Translations under genes and position numbers: made by a program
In this document: positions 1 to 9,516 of the stretch, in pieces
How positions within the stretch are numbered: position 1 is the stretch's first letter
Layout: each line of letters opens with the position of its first letter
Notes under the pieces: model-generated
Databases searched by the model: none
What the model was told of the DNA's origin: nothing
The model's input: the letters and a program-made list of their open reading frames with translations, nothing else
Assembly (NCBI GenBank): GCA_964430875.1
Contig: CAYSHP010000001.1
Coordinates: 22,005-86,004 of the forward strand
Source: an uncultured Halanaerobiales bacterium
GTDB taxonomy: Bacteria; Bacillota; Halanaerobiia; Halanaerobiales; M55B127
Direction of reading: 5' to 3'
DNA length: 64,000 nucleotides

Positions 1-2099
1 CTTTATCAGATGTAGAAGTTGAACATGAAGAACATGAGGGTAAACTATACTATATTAAATATCCTATTAAAGATAGTGATGATTACATAACAGTGGCTAC
101 AACAAGACCGGAAACGATGTTAGGAGATACCGCGATTGCTGTTAATCCCTCTGATGAAAGATATAAAGATTTAGTGGGTAAAACTGTAATCCTTCCATTA
201 ATGGAAAGAGAAATACCGGTTATTGCTGATCCATTTGTAGACAGTGATTTTGGTACAGGTATGGTTAAGGTTACTCCTGCTCATGATCCCAATGACTTTG
301 ATATGGGGGAAAGAAATGATCTTGAAGTAATTAAAGTTATTGATGAAGATGCTAATATGACAGAAGTTACTAATAAATATGCCGGTATGGACCGTTATGA
401 ATGTAGAGATGAGGTTATTAAAGACTTAAAAGAAGAAGAGCTTTTGGTAAAAATAGATGAGCATGAACATTCTGTAGGACAATGTTACCGCTGTGATACT
501 GTAATTGAACCACTTGTTTCAAAACAGTGGTTTGTAAAAATGGAACCTCTTGCAAAACCGGCTATCGATGCAGTTAAAGAAGGCGATATCAAGTTTATTC
601 CAGAAAGATTTAGTAAAGTATACTTAAATTGGATGGAAAATATAAAAGACTGGTGTATATCCAGACAGCTTTGGTGGGGACATCGAATTCCTGTTTGGTA
701 CTGTCAGGATTGTGGGGAAGTAATAGTTAGAAGAGAAGAACCAGCAGTATGTCCTAACTGTGAAAGCAGTGATCTTAAACAGGATGAAGATGTATTAGAT
801 ACCTGGTTTTCATCTGCACTTTGGCCGTTTTCAACCTTGGGCTGGCCGGAAGAAACCAAAGATTTAGACTTCTTTTATCCTACCGATGTTTTAGTAACCG
901 GTAGAGATATTATCTTTTTCTGGGTAGCAAGAATGATTTTTATGGGTCTTGAATTCATGGATGAAGTTCCCTTTGATGATGTTTATGTACATGGGCTAAT
1001 TAGAGATGCCCAGGGGAGAAAGATGAGCAAATCATTAGGTAATGGTATAGACCCAATTGAAGTAATTGAAGAATATGGTGCAGATGCCCTTAGGTTTACC
1101 TTAATTACTGGTAATACGCCAGGTAATGATATGAGATTTAGAGAAGAAAGGTTAGAAGCAAGCCGTAATTTTGCAAATAAGATCTGGAATGCTTCTCGTT
1201 TTATCCTAATGAATCTTGAAGATCTTGATTATGAGGAAATTAATGAAGAGGAACTAAAATTAAATCTGGCTGATAAATGGATGTTAAGTAGAACAAATGA
1301 AGTAACCCAAAAGATTGATGAGGCCATGGAAAGATATAGTTTTGGTGAAATGAGTAAATCTCTTTATGACTTCATTTGGAATGAATACTGTGATTGGTAT
1401 ATTGAAATATTAAAAGAAAGACTTTATCAAGATAAAGACTTAACTGCCAAGAAAACTGCTCAGTATATGGGACTTAAGATATTAGGTAATATATTAAAAC
1501 TATTACATCCTGTAATGCCCATGATAACAGAAGAAATTTGGCAGAAACTGCCGATTTCAGATAAAAGTCTAATGATCACCAGCTGGCCTGAATATAACGA
1601 AAGTGAAATTGATAAAACAGCTGAAGAAAAAATGGATCTCATTATGAGCGTAATAAAATCTGTTAGAAATATTAGAAATGAAATGAAAGTTGATCCTGGT
1701 CGTAAAATAGAAGCTATTTTACTCGCTAAGTCTTCTAAAGGAGAAATTTTAAGAGAAGGTAATAGCTATCTTAAAAATCTTGCTAATATAGAAGATTTAA
1801 CGATTACTGGCAGTTTAGAAGAAAGACCACAACCAGCTTCTACATCAATTGTAGAAGGGGTAGAAGTAATTTTACCTTTAGAAGGTATGGTAGATATCGA
1901 AAAAGAGTTAGATAGATTACAAAAAGAATTAAAAGATGTTAAATATGAAATAGAACGAGCAAAAGGTAAACTATCCAATGAGGGATTTGTAAATAATGCA
2001 CCAGCTGAACTAGTAGAAGGAGAAAGAGAAAAAGTAGAAGAATATAAGGAGAAAAAAGAAAAATTATTAGAAAGAATTAAACAGTTGAAATTAAATTAA
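1..2099 (+). CDS. valS: valine--tRNA ligase, C-terminal ~700 aa (5' end lies upstream of the window)
   Basis: The frame is open from base 3 ([21 protein letters not shown]...), so the listed Met at 93 is internal. KMSKSLGN class I motif, [12 protein letters not shown]-terminal coiled coil. Confidence 0.95.
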   Translation, partial: LSDVEVEHEEHEGKLYYIKYPIKDSDDYITVATTRPETMLGDTAIAVNPSDERYKDLVGKTVILPLMEREIPVIADPFVDSDFGTGMVKVTPAHDPNDFDMGERNDLEVIKVIDEDANMTEVTNKYAGMDRYECRDEVIKDLKEEELLVKIDEHEHSVGQCYRCDTVIEPLVSKQWFVKMEPLAKPAIDAVKEGDIKFIPERFSKVYLNWMENIKDWCISRQLWWGHRIPVWYCQDCGEVIVRREEPAVCPNCESSDLKQDEDVLDTWFSSALWPFSTLGWPEETKDLDFFYPTDVLVTGRDIIFFWVARMIFMGLEFMDEVPFDDVYVHGLIRDAQGRKMSKSLGNGIDPIEVIEEYGADALRFTLITGNTPGNDMRFREERLEASRNFANKIWNASRFILMNLEDLDYEEINEEELKLNLADKWMLSRTNEVTQKIDEAMERYSFGEMSKSLYDFIWNEYCDWYIEILKERLYQDKDLTAKKTAQYMGLKILGNILKLLHPVMPMITEEIWQKLPISDKSLMITSWPEYNESEIDKTAEEKMDLIMSVIKSVRNIRNEMKVDPGRKIEAILLAKSSKGEILREGNSYLKNLANIEDLTITGSLEERPQPASTSIVEGVEVILPLEGMVDIEKELDRLQKELKDVKYEIERAKGKLSNEGFVNNAPAELVEGEREKVEEYKEKKEKLLERIKQLKLN

Positions 2100-2107
2100 A
2101 AATAGTA

Positions 2108-2136
2108 TTGACTTAAAAATTATATTCTGTTATTAT
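2108..2136 (+). promoter_or_regulatory. sigma-70 type promoter of the pur operon leader
   Basis: TTGACT (2108-2113), 17-nt spacer, TATTAT (2131-2136), preceded by TGt (extended -10). Lies ~40 nt upstream of the first aptamer. Confidence 0.6.
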
Positions 2137-2175
2137 TAGTGCATAAATTAGTTAGAAAAATTGAATATTTTTGTA

Positions 2176-2244
2176 CCTCATATAATTTCGGTAATAAGGT
2201 CCGAAAGTTCATACCAGGTAGCCGATAACTATCTGACTATGAGG
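2176..2244 (+). promoter_or_regulatory. purine riboswitch aptamer, guanine-type (C74 equivalent)
   Basis: P1 CCTCATA/TATGAGG, J1/2 TAAT, P2 TTTCGG/CCGAAA, P3 CAGGTAG/CTATCTG with L3 CCGATAA, J3/1 AC. Nearly colinear with the B. subtilis xpt G-box. Confidence 0.85.
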
Positions 2245-2250
2245 GAAGTG

Positions 2251-2337
2251 TACCTAGGTGGCCGCATTTTAAAAAATGGCTGGTTCAAGCGGTACAGATA
2301 ACTTATACACCGAAGGGATAAAAGCCCAGGCGGGTAG
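2251..2337 (+). promoter_or_regulatory. ykkC-like aptamer, subtype 2 (PRPP-type inferred from context)
   Basis: CTAGGTGGCCGC ... CTGGTTCAAG ... ACACCGAAGGGATAAAAGCCCAGGCGGG matches the ykkC core blocks, with CAAG/ACACCG variants instead of the guanidine-I CGAGAG/ACACGG. It follows a guanine aptamer directly and precedes purine biosynthesis genes. Confidence 0.65.
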
Positions 2338-2387
2338 GTTCTACTCTTAGTTAATAGTAGTAGGCACTACCCGTCTGGGTTTTTTTA
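2324..2387 (+). terminator. intrinsic terminator, the shared expression platform of the tandem aptamers
   Basis: Left arm GCCCAGGCGGGTAG (2324-2337) pairs with CTACCCGTCTGGGT (2367-2380). Inner CTACT/AGTAG extension, then a T7 run. The left arm overlaps the 3' tail of the ykkC-like aptamer. Confidence 0.8.
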
Positions 2388-2426
2388 ATTTTTATTAAAT
2401 ATATACAAATCAGGAGTGATAATTTT

Positions 2427-3719
2427 GTGAAAAACATCTTAATTGTCGGCAGTGGTGGCAGAGAACATGCTTTATGTAAGAAGTTAAAAGAGAGTAAAAG
2501 AGTAGATAAAATATATGTTCTTCCCGGTAATGCAGGTACTAATGAAATTGCAGAAAATGTTGATATTGAGCCTTTGAATTTTAAAGAAATAACAGATTTT
2601 GTTAGAAGAAAAAATATTAATATGACTTTTGTAGGTCCTGAAAAACCTTTAGTAGAAGGTATAGTAGATTATTTTCAACAAGAAGATTTAAAGATTTTCG
2701 GTCCTAATAAAAAGGCAGCTAAATTAGAAGGCAGTAAGGTATATGCCAAAAAAGTAATGGAAGAATGTGAAATTCCGACAGCTAAATTCTCTACCTTTGC
2801 TGATGCAAAAAAAGCTTTTGCTTTTATTGAAGACTGTGATTATCCAGTTGTTATCAAAGCAGAAGGATTGGCAGCAGGTAAAGGAGTTTTAATAGTTGAA
2901 AATAGAGAAGAGGCTAAAGCTGCTGTCACTAAAATTATGAAAGATAAATACTTCGGAGCAGCCGGCAGACGAGTAGTAATTGAGGAGTATTTAAAAGGTG
3001 AAGAAGCCACAATAATGGTCTTTTCTGATGGTAAAACTTATTACCCAATGATTTCAGCTCAAGATCATAAACAGATAGGAGAAGGTGATACAGGTCCTAA
3101 TACAGGTGGAATGGGTGCTTATGCTCCTACTCCTTTGGTAAATGATAACATAAAAAATAAGGTCGATAAACAGATACTTAACCCTCTTTTTTCATATTTA
3201 AAAACCCATGGTATTGATTTTAAAGGCGTCCTGTTTGTCGGCCTTATGATAAATAAGGGTCAACCCAAAGTATTAGAATTCAATGTACGTTTTGGTGATC
3301 CAGAAGCACAAGTAGTTTTACCATTATTAGAAAATGATTTATTAGAAATAGCGGAAAAGATTGATTTAAATAGATTACATGAAATGAATTTAAAATGGAA
3401 AGACAAGAAATCTATGGCAGTCATCATGGCTTCTGGTGGATATCCTGTTGATTATGAAAAGGGCAAGAAGATAGAGGGATTAAATAAATTCAAAAAATTT
3501 ACTAATCCTTATCTTATTCAGGCGGGCACAAAAGTTAAAAGAGATGGAATATATACTGATGGAGGGAGAGTTCTAGGTGTAGTAGGTACAGGAGATTCTT
3601 ATCAAGAAGTATATAATTTATGTTATGAAAAAATTAAGGAAATAGACTTTGAAAACGCTTATTACCGCACAGATATAGGCAGAAGAATAAAAGGAGTTGA
3701 ACTTTTAAAAAATGAATAA
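2427..3719 (+). CDS. purD: phosphoribosylamine--glycine ligase
   Basis: GTG start 8 nt after AGGAG. ATP-grasp GARS sequence (ILIVGSGGREHAL, GPNTGGMGAY, VLEFNVRFGDPE). Confidence 0.95.
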   Translation: MKNILIVGSGGREHALCKKLKESKRVDKIYVLPGNAGTNEIAENVDIEPLNFKEITDFVRRKNINMTFVGPEKPLVEGIVDYFQQEDLKIFGPNKKAAKLEGSKVYAKKVMEECEIPTAKFSTFADAKKAFAFIEDCDYPVVIKAEGLAAGKGVLIVENREEAKAAVTKIMKDKYFGAAGRRVVIEEYLKGEEATIMVFSDGKTYYPMISAQDHKQIGEGDTGPNTGGMGAYAPTPLVNDNIKNKVDKQILNPLFSYLKTHGIDFKGVLFVGLMINKGQPKVLEFNVRFGDPEAQVVLPLLENDLLEIAEKIDLNRLHEMNLKWKDKKSMAVIMASGGYPVDYEKGKKIEGLNKFKKFTNPYLIQAGTKVKRDGIYTDGGRVLGVVGTGDSYQEVYNLCYEKIKEIDFENAYYRTDIGRRIKGVELLKNE

Positions 3720-4230
3720 AAAAATTGGTATTATGATGGGTAGTGATTCTGACTTACCGGTAATGAAAAAGGCCTGTCAGATTTTAGAAAAGCTGAATGT
3801 TGAGTATGAACTGACCGTTATTTCTGCGCACAGAACTCCGGAAAGAGCCCGTGAATATGCTTTAAAAGCTGAAAAAAATGGTATAGGAGTTATAATTACC
3901 GGAGCCGGCAAAGCTGCTCATTTACCAGGAGTGATTGCAGCCAGTACAGTTGTACCTGTAATTGGAGTTCCAATTAGGACTTCTACTTTAGGTGGAGCCG
4001 ATTCACTTTATTCTATGGTTCAGATGCCAGGCGGTATACCGGTAGCAACCGTTGCATTAAATGGAGCTAAAAATGCTGCTCTTCTGGCAGTTCAAATGTT
4101 AGCAACAGGTGATGAAGATTTTAAAAATAAGCTTATTAAATACAGACAAGAAATGAGAGAAGATGTTAATAAGACAGCGGCAGAGTTAGAAGAAAAAGGT
4201 TATCAAAAATATTTGAAGGAACATTTTTAA
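3712..4230 (+). CDS. purE: N5-carboxyaminoimidazole ribonucleotide mutase (class I-type motifs)
   Basis: IGIMMGSDSDLPVM, SAHRTPER, GAGKAAHLPGV. Overlaps the purD stop by 8 nt. Confidence 0.92.
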   Translation: MNKKIGIMMGSDSDLPVMKKACQILEKLNVEYELTVISAHRTPERAREYALKAEKNGIGVIITGAGKAAHLPGVIAASTVVPVIGVPIRTSTLGGADSLYSMVQMPGGIPVATVALNGAKNAALLAVQMLATGDEDFKNKLIKYRQEMREDVNKTAAELEEKGYQKYLKEHF

Positions 4231-4248
4231 CTACTGGAGGTAATTAAC

Positions 4249-5646
4249 TTGATAAGTAGAAATATATTTGAAAATATTAATCCCTTTGATCACCGCTACT
4301 CCTATAATAAAGAAATATTTACTGAAATAAAAAAATATTTATCTGAAAGTGCTAATATTGATTATCAACTAAAAGTAGAGTTAGCATTAGTAAAAAGCTT
4401 AAACAAGCTAGGAGTATGTTCAAAAAAGGTGGTTGATGAGGTAAGTGAAGCTGTAAAAAATATTAAAGCAGATGAGGCCTATGAAGAAGAAAGAAAAACA
4501 AAACACAATATTAGAGCATTAGTAAATCTAATTCAAAAAAGGGTAAGTAAAAAGTCAAAACCATTTATACACTTAACAGCTACTTCTTATGATATTGTAG
4601 ATACCGCCAACTCTTTAAGATATAAAGAAGTTACTGAAGATATCATTTTGCCAAAAATAGAAGAGTTAATTAATCAATTAATTAGGCTCGCTGAACGAGA
4701 AAAAGGCACTATACAAATTGGTAGAACCCATGGTCAGCATGCGGTTCCTATTACTTTTGGTTATGTATTGGCAGGTTATGTTGAACGACTTGGACTTAGA
4801 TATAAAGAAGTTCAACAAAAAGCAGATGCTTTAAAAGGGAAATTTTCAGGGGCTTGTGGTACCTATAATGCTTCAAGTTTATTCTTTGAAAATCCTGTTG
4901 AATTTGAAAAAAATGTCATGGAAGAACTAGACATTAAAGCCGGTGATTTTTCTTCCCAAATTGTAATTGCAGAATATATGACAGATTTTATTCATTCCAT
5001 TATATCAACCTTTGGTATTCTTGCTAATTTCAGTGATGATATGAGAAACTTACAGCGAACTGAAATAAATGAAGTGGGCGAGTTTTTCAGCAAAGATCAG
5101 GTAGGTTCTTCTACAATGCCTCATAAAAGAAATCCCATTAACTATGAAAATATTAAAAGTATGTGGAAAAGGACAATGCCCCAGATGAATACAATCTATA
5201 TGGATCAGATCTCTGAACATCAAAGAGATTTAACTAATTCAGCTTCCAGCCGATTTATCCCAGATATATTGGTTGGGTTTATCTTATCTGTGCAGAGATT
5301 AATAAGTGTGTTAGATAAATTTGGTATTGATGACAATAAGATGAAAGAAAACTTTAATTTACACCGTGAAATGATAATTGCAGAACCGCTTTATATTATT
5401 TTAGCTTCCCAGGGACACCCAGACGCTCATGAAGCTGTAAGGCATTTAACCTTACAAGCAGAAGAGTCTGAGCATACCCCAAGGGAGCTTTTTTATTTGC
5501 AGGATAAATTTAAAGAGTATCGAGAAAAAATGACAGATTATCAAAAAGAAATAATAGATAATCCCGCCAAATATATAGGGGTTTCTAAAGAAAGAACAGA
5601 GTACATTATTAAAAAATGGCAAAATTACTTTAAAGAGGAGAGATAA
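4249..5646 (+). CDS. purB: adenylosuccinate lyase
   Basis: Fumarase/ASL superfamily signature GSSTMPHKRNP. Position within the pur operon. Confidence 0.93.
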   Translation: MISRNIFENINPFDHRYSYNKEIFTEIKKYLSESANIDYQLKVELALVKSLNKLGVCSKKVVDEVSEAVKNIKADEAYEEERKTKHNIRALVNLIQKRVSKKSKPFIHLTATSYDIVDTANSLRYKEVTEDIILPKIEELINQLIRLAEREKGTIQIGRTHGQHAVPITFGYVLAGYVERLGLRYKEVQQKADALKGKFSGACGTYNASSLFFENPVEFEKNVMEELDIKAGDFSSQIVIAEYMTDFIHSIISTFGILANFSDDMRNLQRTEINEVGEFFSKDQVGSSTMPHKRNPINYENIKSMWKRTMPQMNTIYMDQISEHQRDLTNSASSRFIPDILVGFILSVQRLISVLDKFGIDDNKMKENFNLHREMIIAEPLYIILASQGHPDAHEAVRHLTLQAEESEHTPRELFYLQDKFKEYREKMTDYQKEIIDNPAKYIGVSKERTEYIIKKWQNYFKEER

Positions 5647-5650
5647 AAAA

Positions 5651-6370
5651 ATGGAAAAAGGTAAACTACTTTATGAAGGAAAAGCAAAAAAGATTTATGA
5701 ATCTGACAATCCAGAGCAGCTAATTGTACATTATAAGGATGATGCAACAGCTTTTGATGGCAAAAAGAAAGGGCAAATTGAATCAAAAGGTAAATATAAC
5801 TTGGAAATTTCCAATATATTTTTCATGCTATTAGAAGACCATGATGTAAAAACACATCTTATTAGGCAGATCAATGATACAGATTTATTAGTTAAAAAAG
5901 TAGATATAATACCAATTGAAGTTGTTTTAAGAAATGTGGCAGCCGGTAGTTTAGCAAAAAGGCTAGGTTTAGAAGAAGGTACTGAGTTAAATAGGCCAAT
6001 ATTAGAATTTTATTATAAAAGTGATGAATTAGGTGATCCTTTAATTAATAGATACCATATTAGTGAGAGAGAACTTGCTACCGAAGGACAGCTTAAATTA
6101 TTAGAAGTATTAGGATTTAAAATTAATAAAATATTAAAGGAATACTTAGAAGATAAAAATATTAAACTGATTGATTTCAAACTTGAATTTGGTTTAGATA
6201 ATAATGAAAATATTTTGTTAGCTGATGAAATCTCCCCAGATACCTGTAGATTTTGGGATATTGAAACCAATAAAAAATTAGATAAAGATCGTTTTAGAAG
6301 AGACTTAGGAGAAATTGAAGATGCTTATCAAGAAATCCTTTATAGATTAAAAAAGGGTGTGGTGAGTTAA
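5651..6370 (+). CDS. purC: phosphoribosylaminoimidazole-succinocarboxamide (SAICAR) synthase
   Basis: LYEGKAKKIY N-terminus, DEISPDTCRFWD motif. Confidence 0.95.
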   Translation: MEKGKLLYEGKAKKIYESDNPEQLIVHYKDDATAFDGKKKGQIESKGKYNLEISNIFFMLLEDHDVKTHLIRQINDTDLLVKKVDIIPIEVVLRNVAAGSLAKRLGLEEGTELNRPILEFYYKSDELGDPLINRYHISERELATEGQLKLLEVLGFKINKILKEYLEDKNIKLIDFKLEFGLDNNENILLADEISPDTCRFWDIETNKKLDKDRFRRDLGEIEDAYQEILYRLKKGVVS

Positions 6371-6630
6371 TGGATTGGGAAGTCAAAATAGAAACAAAGC
6401 TAAAAGATGGAATTCTAGACCCACAGGGTAAAGCCGTTAAAACAGGCTTAAAGCAATTAGGTTATGATAATGTGGGATCTGTATATGTAGGTAAATATCT
6501 GGAACTTATTTTAGATGATATACCTAATCAAGCTAAAGCAGAGGATATGGTTATAGATATGTGTGAAAAACTATTAGCTAATCCCGTAATCGAAGACTAT
6601 AAATATGAGTTAACAAAGGTGGAGAGATAA
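6370..6630 (+). CDS. purS: FGAM synthase subunit PurS
   Basis: 86-aa protein with the GILDPQGKAV motif, between purC and purQ. Confidence 0.92.
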   Translation: MDWEVKIETKLKDGILDPQGKAVKTGLKQLGYDNVGSVYVGKYLELILDDIPNQAKAEDMVIDMCEKLLANPVIEDYKYELTKVER

Positions 6631-7332
6631 ATGAAGGCAGGAGTTGTAACCTTTCCCGGCTCAAACTGTGATCAAGATGTGTATAATGTCTTAAATAATA
6701 TATTTGATTTAGAGACAGACATGATCTGGCATAAAGATAAAAAATTAAATCACTATGATTTAGTTGTTTTACCCGGCGGCTTTTCATATGGTGATTACCT
6801 TAGATCAGGCGCTATTGCCCGGTTTTCAAATATTATGGAGTCTGTTATTGACTATGCAAACCAAGGTGGGTTAGTCTTAGGAATTTGCAATGGTTTTCAA
6901 ATACTTTTAGAATCAGATTTATTACCAGGAGCAATGAAAGTAAATGACAATTTAAAGTTTGTTTGTAAAAATGTACAGCTTAAGGTTACAAACAATAATT
7001 CTCCTTTTACTAATCAATATAATAAAGAGGAGATTATAGAGATGCCGGTTGCCCACGGAGAAGGTAATTACTATATTGACCCCAAAAGACTAAAAAATTT
7101 AAAAATTAATGAACAGATTTTATTAAAATATAAAAATAATGAAGAAAATCCAAATGGCTCTATTGAAAATATTGCCGGTATTTGCAATAAAGAAAAAAAT
7201 GTATTTGGACTGATGCCCCATCCAGAGAGATGTTCAGAAGAGATCATTTCTCCTGGTGCAAGTGATGGATATCGGATGTTTTCATCTATTATTGAAGAAG
7301 TTAAAGTAAGAGGTGAGAAACTTGTCAGATAA
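6631..7332 (+). CDS. purQ: FGAM synthase glutaminase subunit PurQ
   Basis: Class I amidotransferase: FPGSNCD, GICNGFQ (catalytic Cys), MPHPER. Confidence 0.95.
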   Translation: MKAGVVTFPGSNCDQDVYNVLNNIFDLETDMIWHKDKKLNHYDLVVLPGGFSYGDYLRSGAIARFSNIMESVIDYANQGGLVLGICNGFQILLESDLLPGAMKVNDNLKFVCKNVQLKVTNNNSPFTNQYNKEEIIEMPVAHGEGNYYIDPKRLKNLKINEQILLKYKNNEENPNGSIENIAGICNKEKNVFGLMPHPERCSEEIISPGASDGYRMFSSIIEEVKVRGEKLVR

Positions 7333-9502
7333 ACCCTGGGAAAAAGAAGGGCTATCAGAAGCAGAATATAATATGATAGTCGACTTATTAGAGCGTAAAC
7401 CAACCGAGACCGAGTTAGGTATATTTGGTGTAATGTGGTCAGAACACTGTAGTTATAAAAATTCGAAGTTAATATTAAAGACTTTGCCAACTGAGGGAGC
7501 TTGTGTATTGCAGGGACCGGGTGAAAATGCCGGAATTATAGATATTGGTGATAATCAGGCCATTTCATTTAAAATTGAAAGCCATAACCATCCTTCTGCT
7601 GTAGAACCTTTTCAAGGTGCTGCTACTGGGGTGGGTGGTATCATCAGAGATATTTTCACAATGGGAGCCAGACCAATTGCTACCTTAAATTCTCTTAGAT
7701 TTGGTAATTTAGATAAAGATAGAGTTAAATTTCTCTTTAAAGGTGTTGTTTCAGGGATTTCTAGTTATGGCAATAGTATTGGTATTCCTACGGTAGGAGG
7801 AGAAGTTCATTTTTCGGATGCTTATGAAGGCAACCCTCTTGTGAATGTAATGAGTGTGGGATTACTTGAACATAAAGATATAGCAACTGCTACTGCTGAA
7901 GGTAGTGGTAATTCTGTCATGGTAGTAGGAGCAGCCACTGGTAGAGATGGTATTCAAGGAGCGAGTTTTGCTTCTGATGAACTTACTGAAGATTCGGATG
8001 AAGACCGTCCCGCAGTTCAAGTGGGTGATCCTTTTATGGAAAAACTACTTTTAGAGGCTAGTTTGGAATTAATTAAAAGTAATGCAATAGTTGGTATTCA
8101 GGATATGGGAGCTGCTGGTTTAACTAGTTCTTCTGCTGAAATGGCCAGCCGTGGAAATAGTGGTATAGAAATAGATATAGCAAAAGTACCTACACGTGAA
8201 AAAAACATGACTCCTTATGAAATTATGCTTTCAGAATCACAAGAAAGAATGTTAGTTGTTCCTAAAAAAGGTAAAGAAGAAATAGTAAGTGAAATTTTTA
8301 CAAAATGGGGCTTACATGCTGAAGTTGTCGGTCAAGTAACTGATGACGGCATGCTCAGAATTTTAAATGGAGAACAAAAGGTAGCTGAAATATCAGCTAG
8401 AATTTTAGCAGATGAAGCACCCGAATACTTTAGAAAAGCGGTCAGACCTAAATATATTGATGATATTAAAAAAGTAACTGCTGCTGAAATAACTAGTAAT
8501 GATTATAATCAAGATCTCTTAAATTTACTAAATTCACCAACTATTGCCAGTAAAAATTGGATATATAAGCAGTATGATCATATGGTAATGACTAATACAG
8601 TTGTAGGTCCTGGTTCAGATGCTGCAGTAATAAGAATTAAAGATATGGATAAAGCGGTAGCTTTAACAACTGATAATAATGGCAGGTACTGTTATCTTGA
8701 TCCTATCAAAGGAGGCAAGATTGCAGTTGCAGAAGCAGCCCGCAATATTGTATGTTCTGGGGGACAGCCGCTTGCAATCACGGATGGCTTAAATTTTGGC
8801 AATCCTATGGATCCCGAGATATACTGGCAGTTTAAAAACAGTGTAGAAGGTTTATCAAAAGCCTGTAAAGAATTAGAAACCCCTGTCATTGGAGGTAATG
8901 TTAGTTTCTATAACGAGAGCCCTAAAGGGGCTATCTACCCGACTCCAATTGTTGGGATGGTAGGCCTTTTAGATTCAATTGATAATAGGGTTACCATGGA
9001 TTTTAAGGATGAAGGGGATTTAATCTTCTTGTTAGGAGCTAATCAAGAAGAATTAGGTGCAAGTGAATATCTTAAATTACAAGAAAATAGAATTGATGGT
9101 TATGTACCTGAAATAGATTTAAAATTAGAAAAAAGAGTTCAAGACACAGTTTTTAAGGCAGTAAAAGAAGGTATAGTAAAGTCAGCCCATGATTGTTCAG
9201 AAGGTGGTTTAGCAGTTGCTTTAGCTGAATCTTGTTTTAAAAATGAAATAGGAGTAAATATAAAGATAGAGGAAAATATAAGTGATAAAGCATTATTATT
9301 TGGTGAAACACAAAGCAGAATAATTGTGAGTATAGCTCAAGATAATGAGAATATATTAAAGAAAATTGCCGAAGAAAATAAAATACCTATAAAAAAGATA
9401 GGTAGAACTCAAGGTAATAGATATTTATTTAATGATTTAATTGAGTTAAGTGTTGAGGAGATGAATAACAAGTGGGAAAATGCAATCGAGAGAAAGATTT
9501 AA
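7313..9502 (+). CDS. purL: FGAM synthase subunit PurL
   Basis: SEHCSYK, ESHNHPS and PurM-like repeat domains. The true start may be TTG 7322 (GAGGTG SD). Confidence 0.95.
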   Translation: MRNLSDKPWEKEGLSEAEYNMIVDLLERKPTETELGIFGVMWSEHCSYKNSKLILKTLPTEGACVLQGPGENAGIIDIGDNQAISFKIESHNHPSAVEPFQGAATGVGGIIRDIFTMGARPIATLNSLRFGNLDKDRVKFLFKGVVSGISSYGNSIGIPTVGGEVHFSDAYEGNPLVNVMSVGLLEHKDIATATAEGSGNSVMVVGAATGRDGIQGASFASDELTEDSDEDRPAVQVGDPFMEKLLLEASLELIKSNAIVGIQDMGAAGLTSSSAEMASRGNSGIEIDIAKVPTREKNMTPYEIMLSESQERMLVVPKKGKEEIVSEIFTKWGLHAEVVGQVTDDGMLRILNGEQKVAEISARILADEAPEYFRKAVRPKYIDDIKKVTAAEITSNDYNQDLLNLLNSPTIASKNWIYKQYDHMVMTNTVVGPGSDAAVIRIKDMDKAVALTTDNNGRYCYLDPIKGGKIAVAEAARNIVCSGGQPLAITDGLNFGNPMDPEIYWQFKNSVEGLSKACKELETPVIGGNVSFYNESPKGAIYPTPIVGMVGLLDSIDNRVTMDFKDEGDLIFLLGANQEELGASEYLKLQENRIDGYVPEIDLKLEKRVQDTVFKAVKEGIVKSAHDCSEGGLAVALAESCFKNEIGVNIKIEENISDKALLFGETQSRIIVSIAQDNENILKKIAEENKIPIKKIGRTQGNRYLFNDLIELSVEEMNNKWENAIERKI

Positions 9503-9516
9503 AACAAAATGACAAA

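Noticed and set aside
2161-2186. A second promoter-like pair, TTGAAT ... TATAAT, just upstream of purD.
   Set aside because: The spacer is only 14 nt, and the TATAAT is the conserved P1/J1-2 core (CAUAUAAU) of the purine aptamer itself.
2324-2340. GCCCAGGCGGG first looked like the reverse complement of the CCGCCUGGGC box of the ZTP (pfl) riboswitch, which also regulates purine genes.
   Set aside because: It is on the wrong strand for a + strand leader. The rest of the pfl consensus is absent. The segment is fully explained as the 3' tail of the ykkC-like aptamer and the left arm of the terminator.
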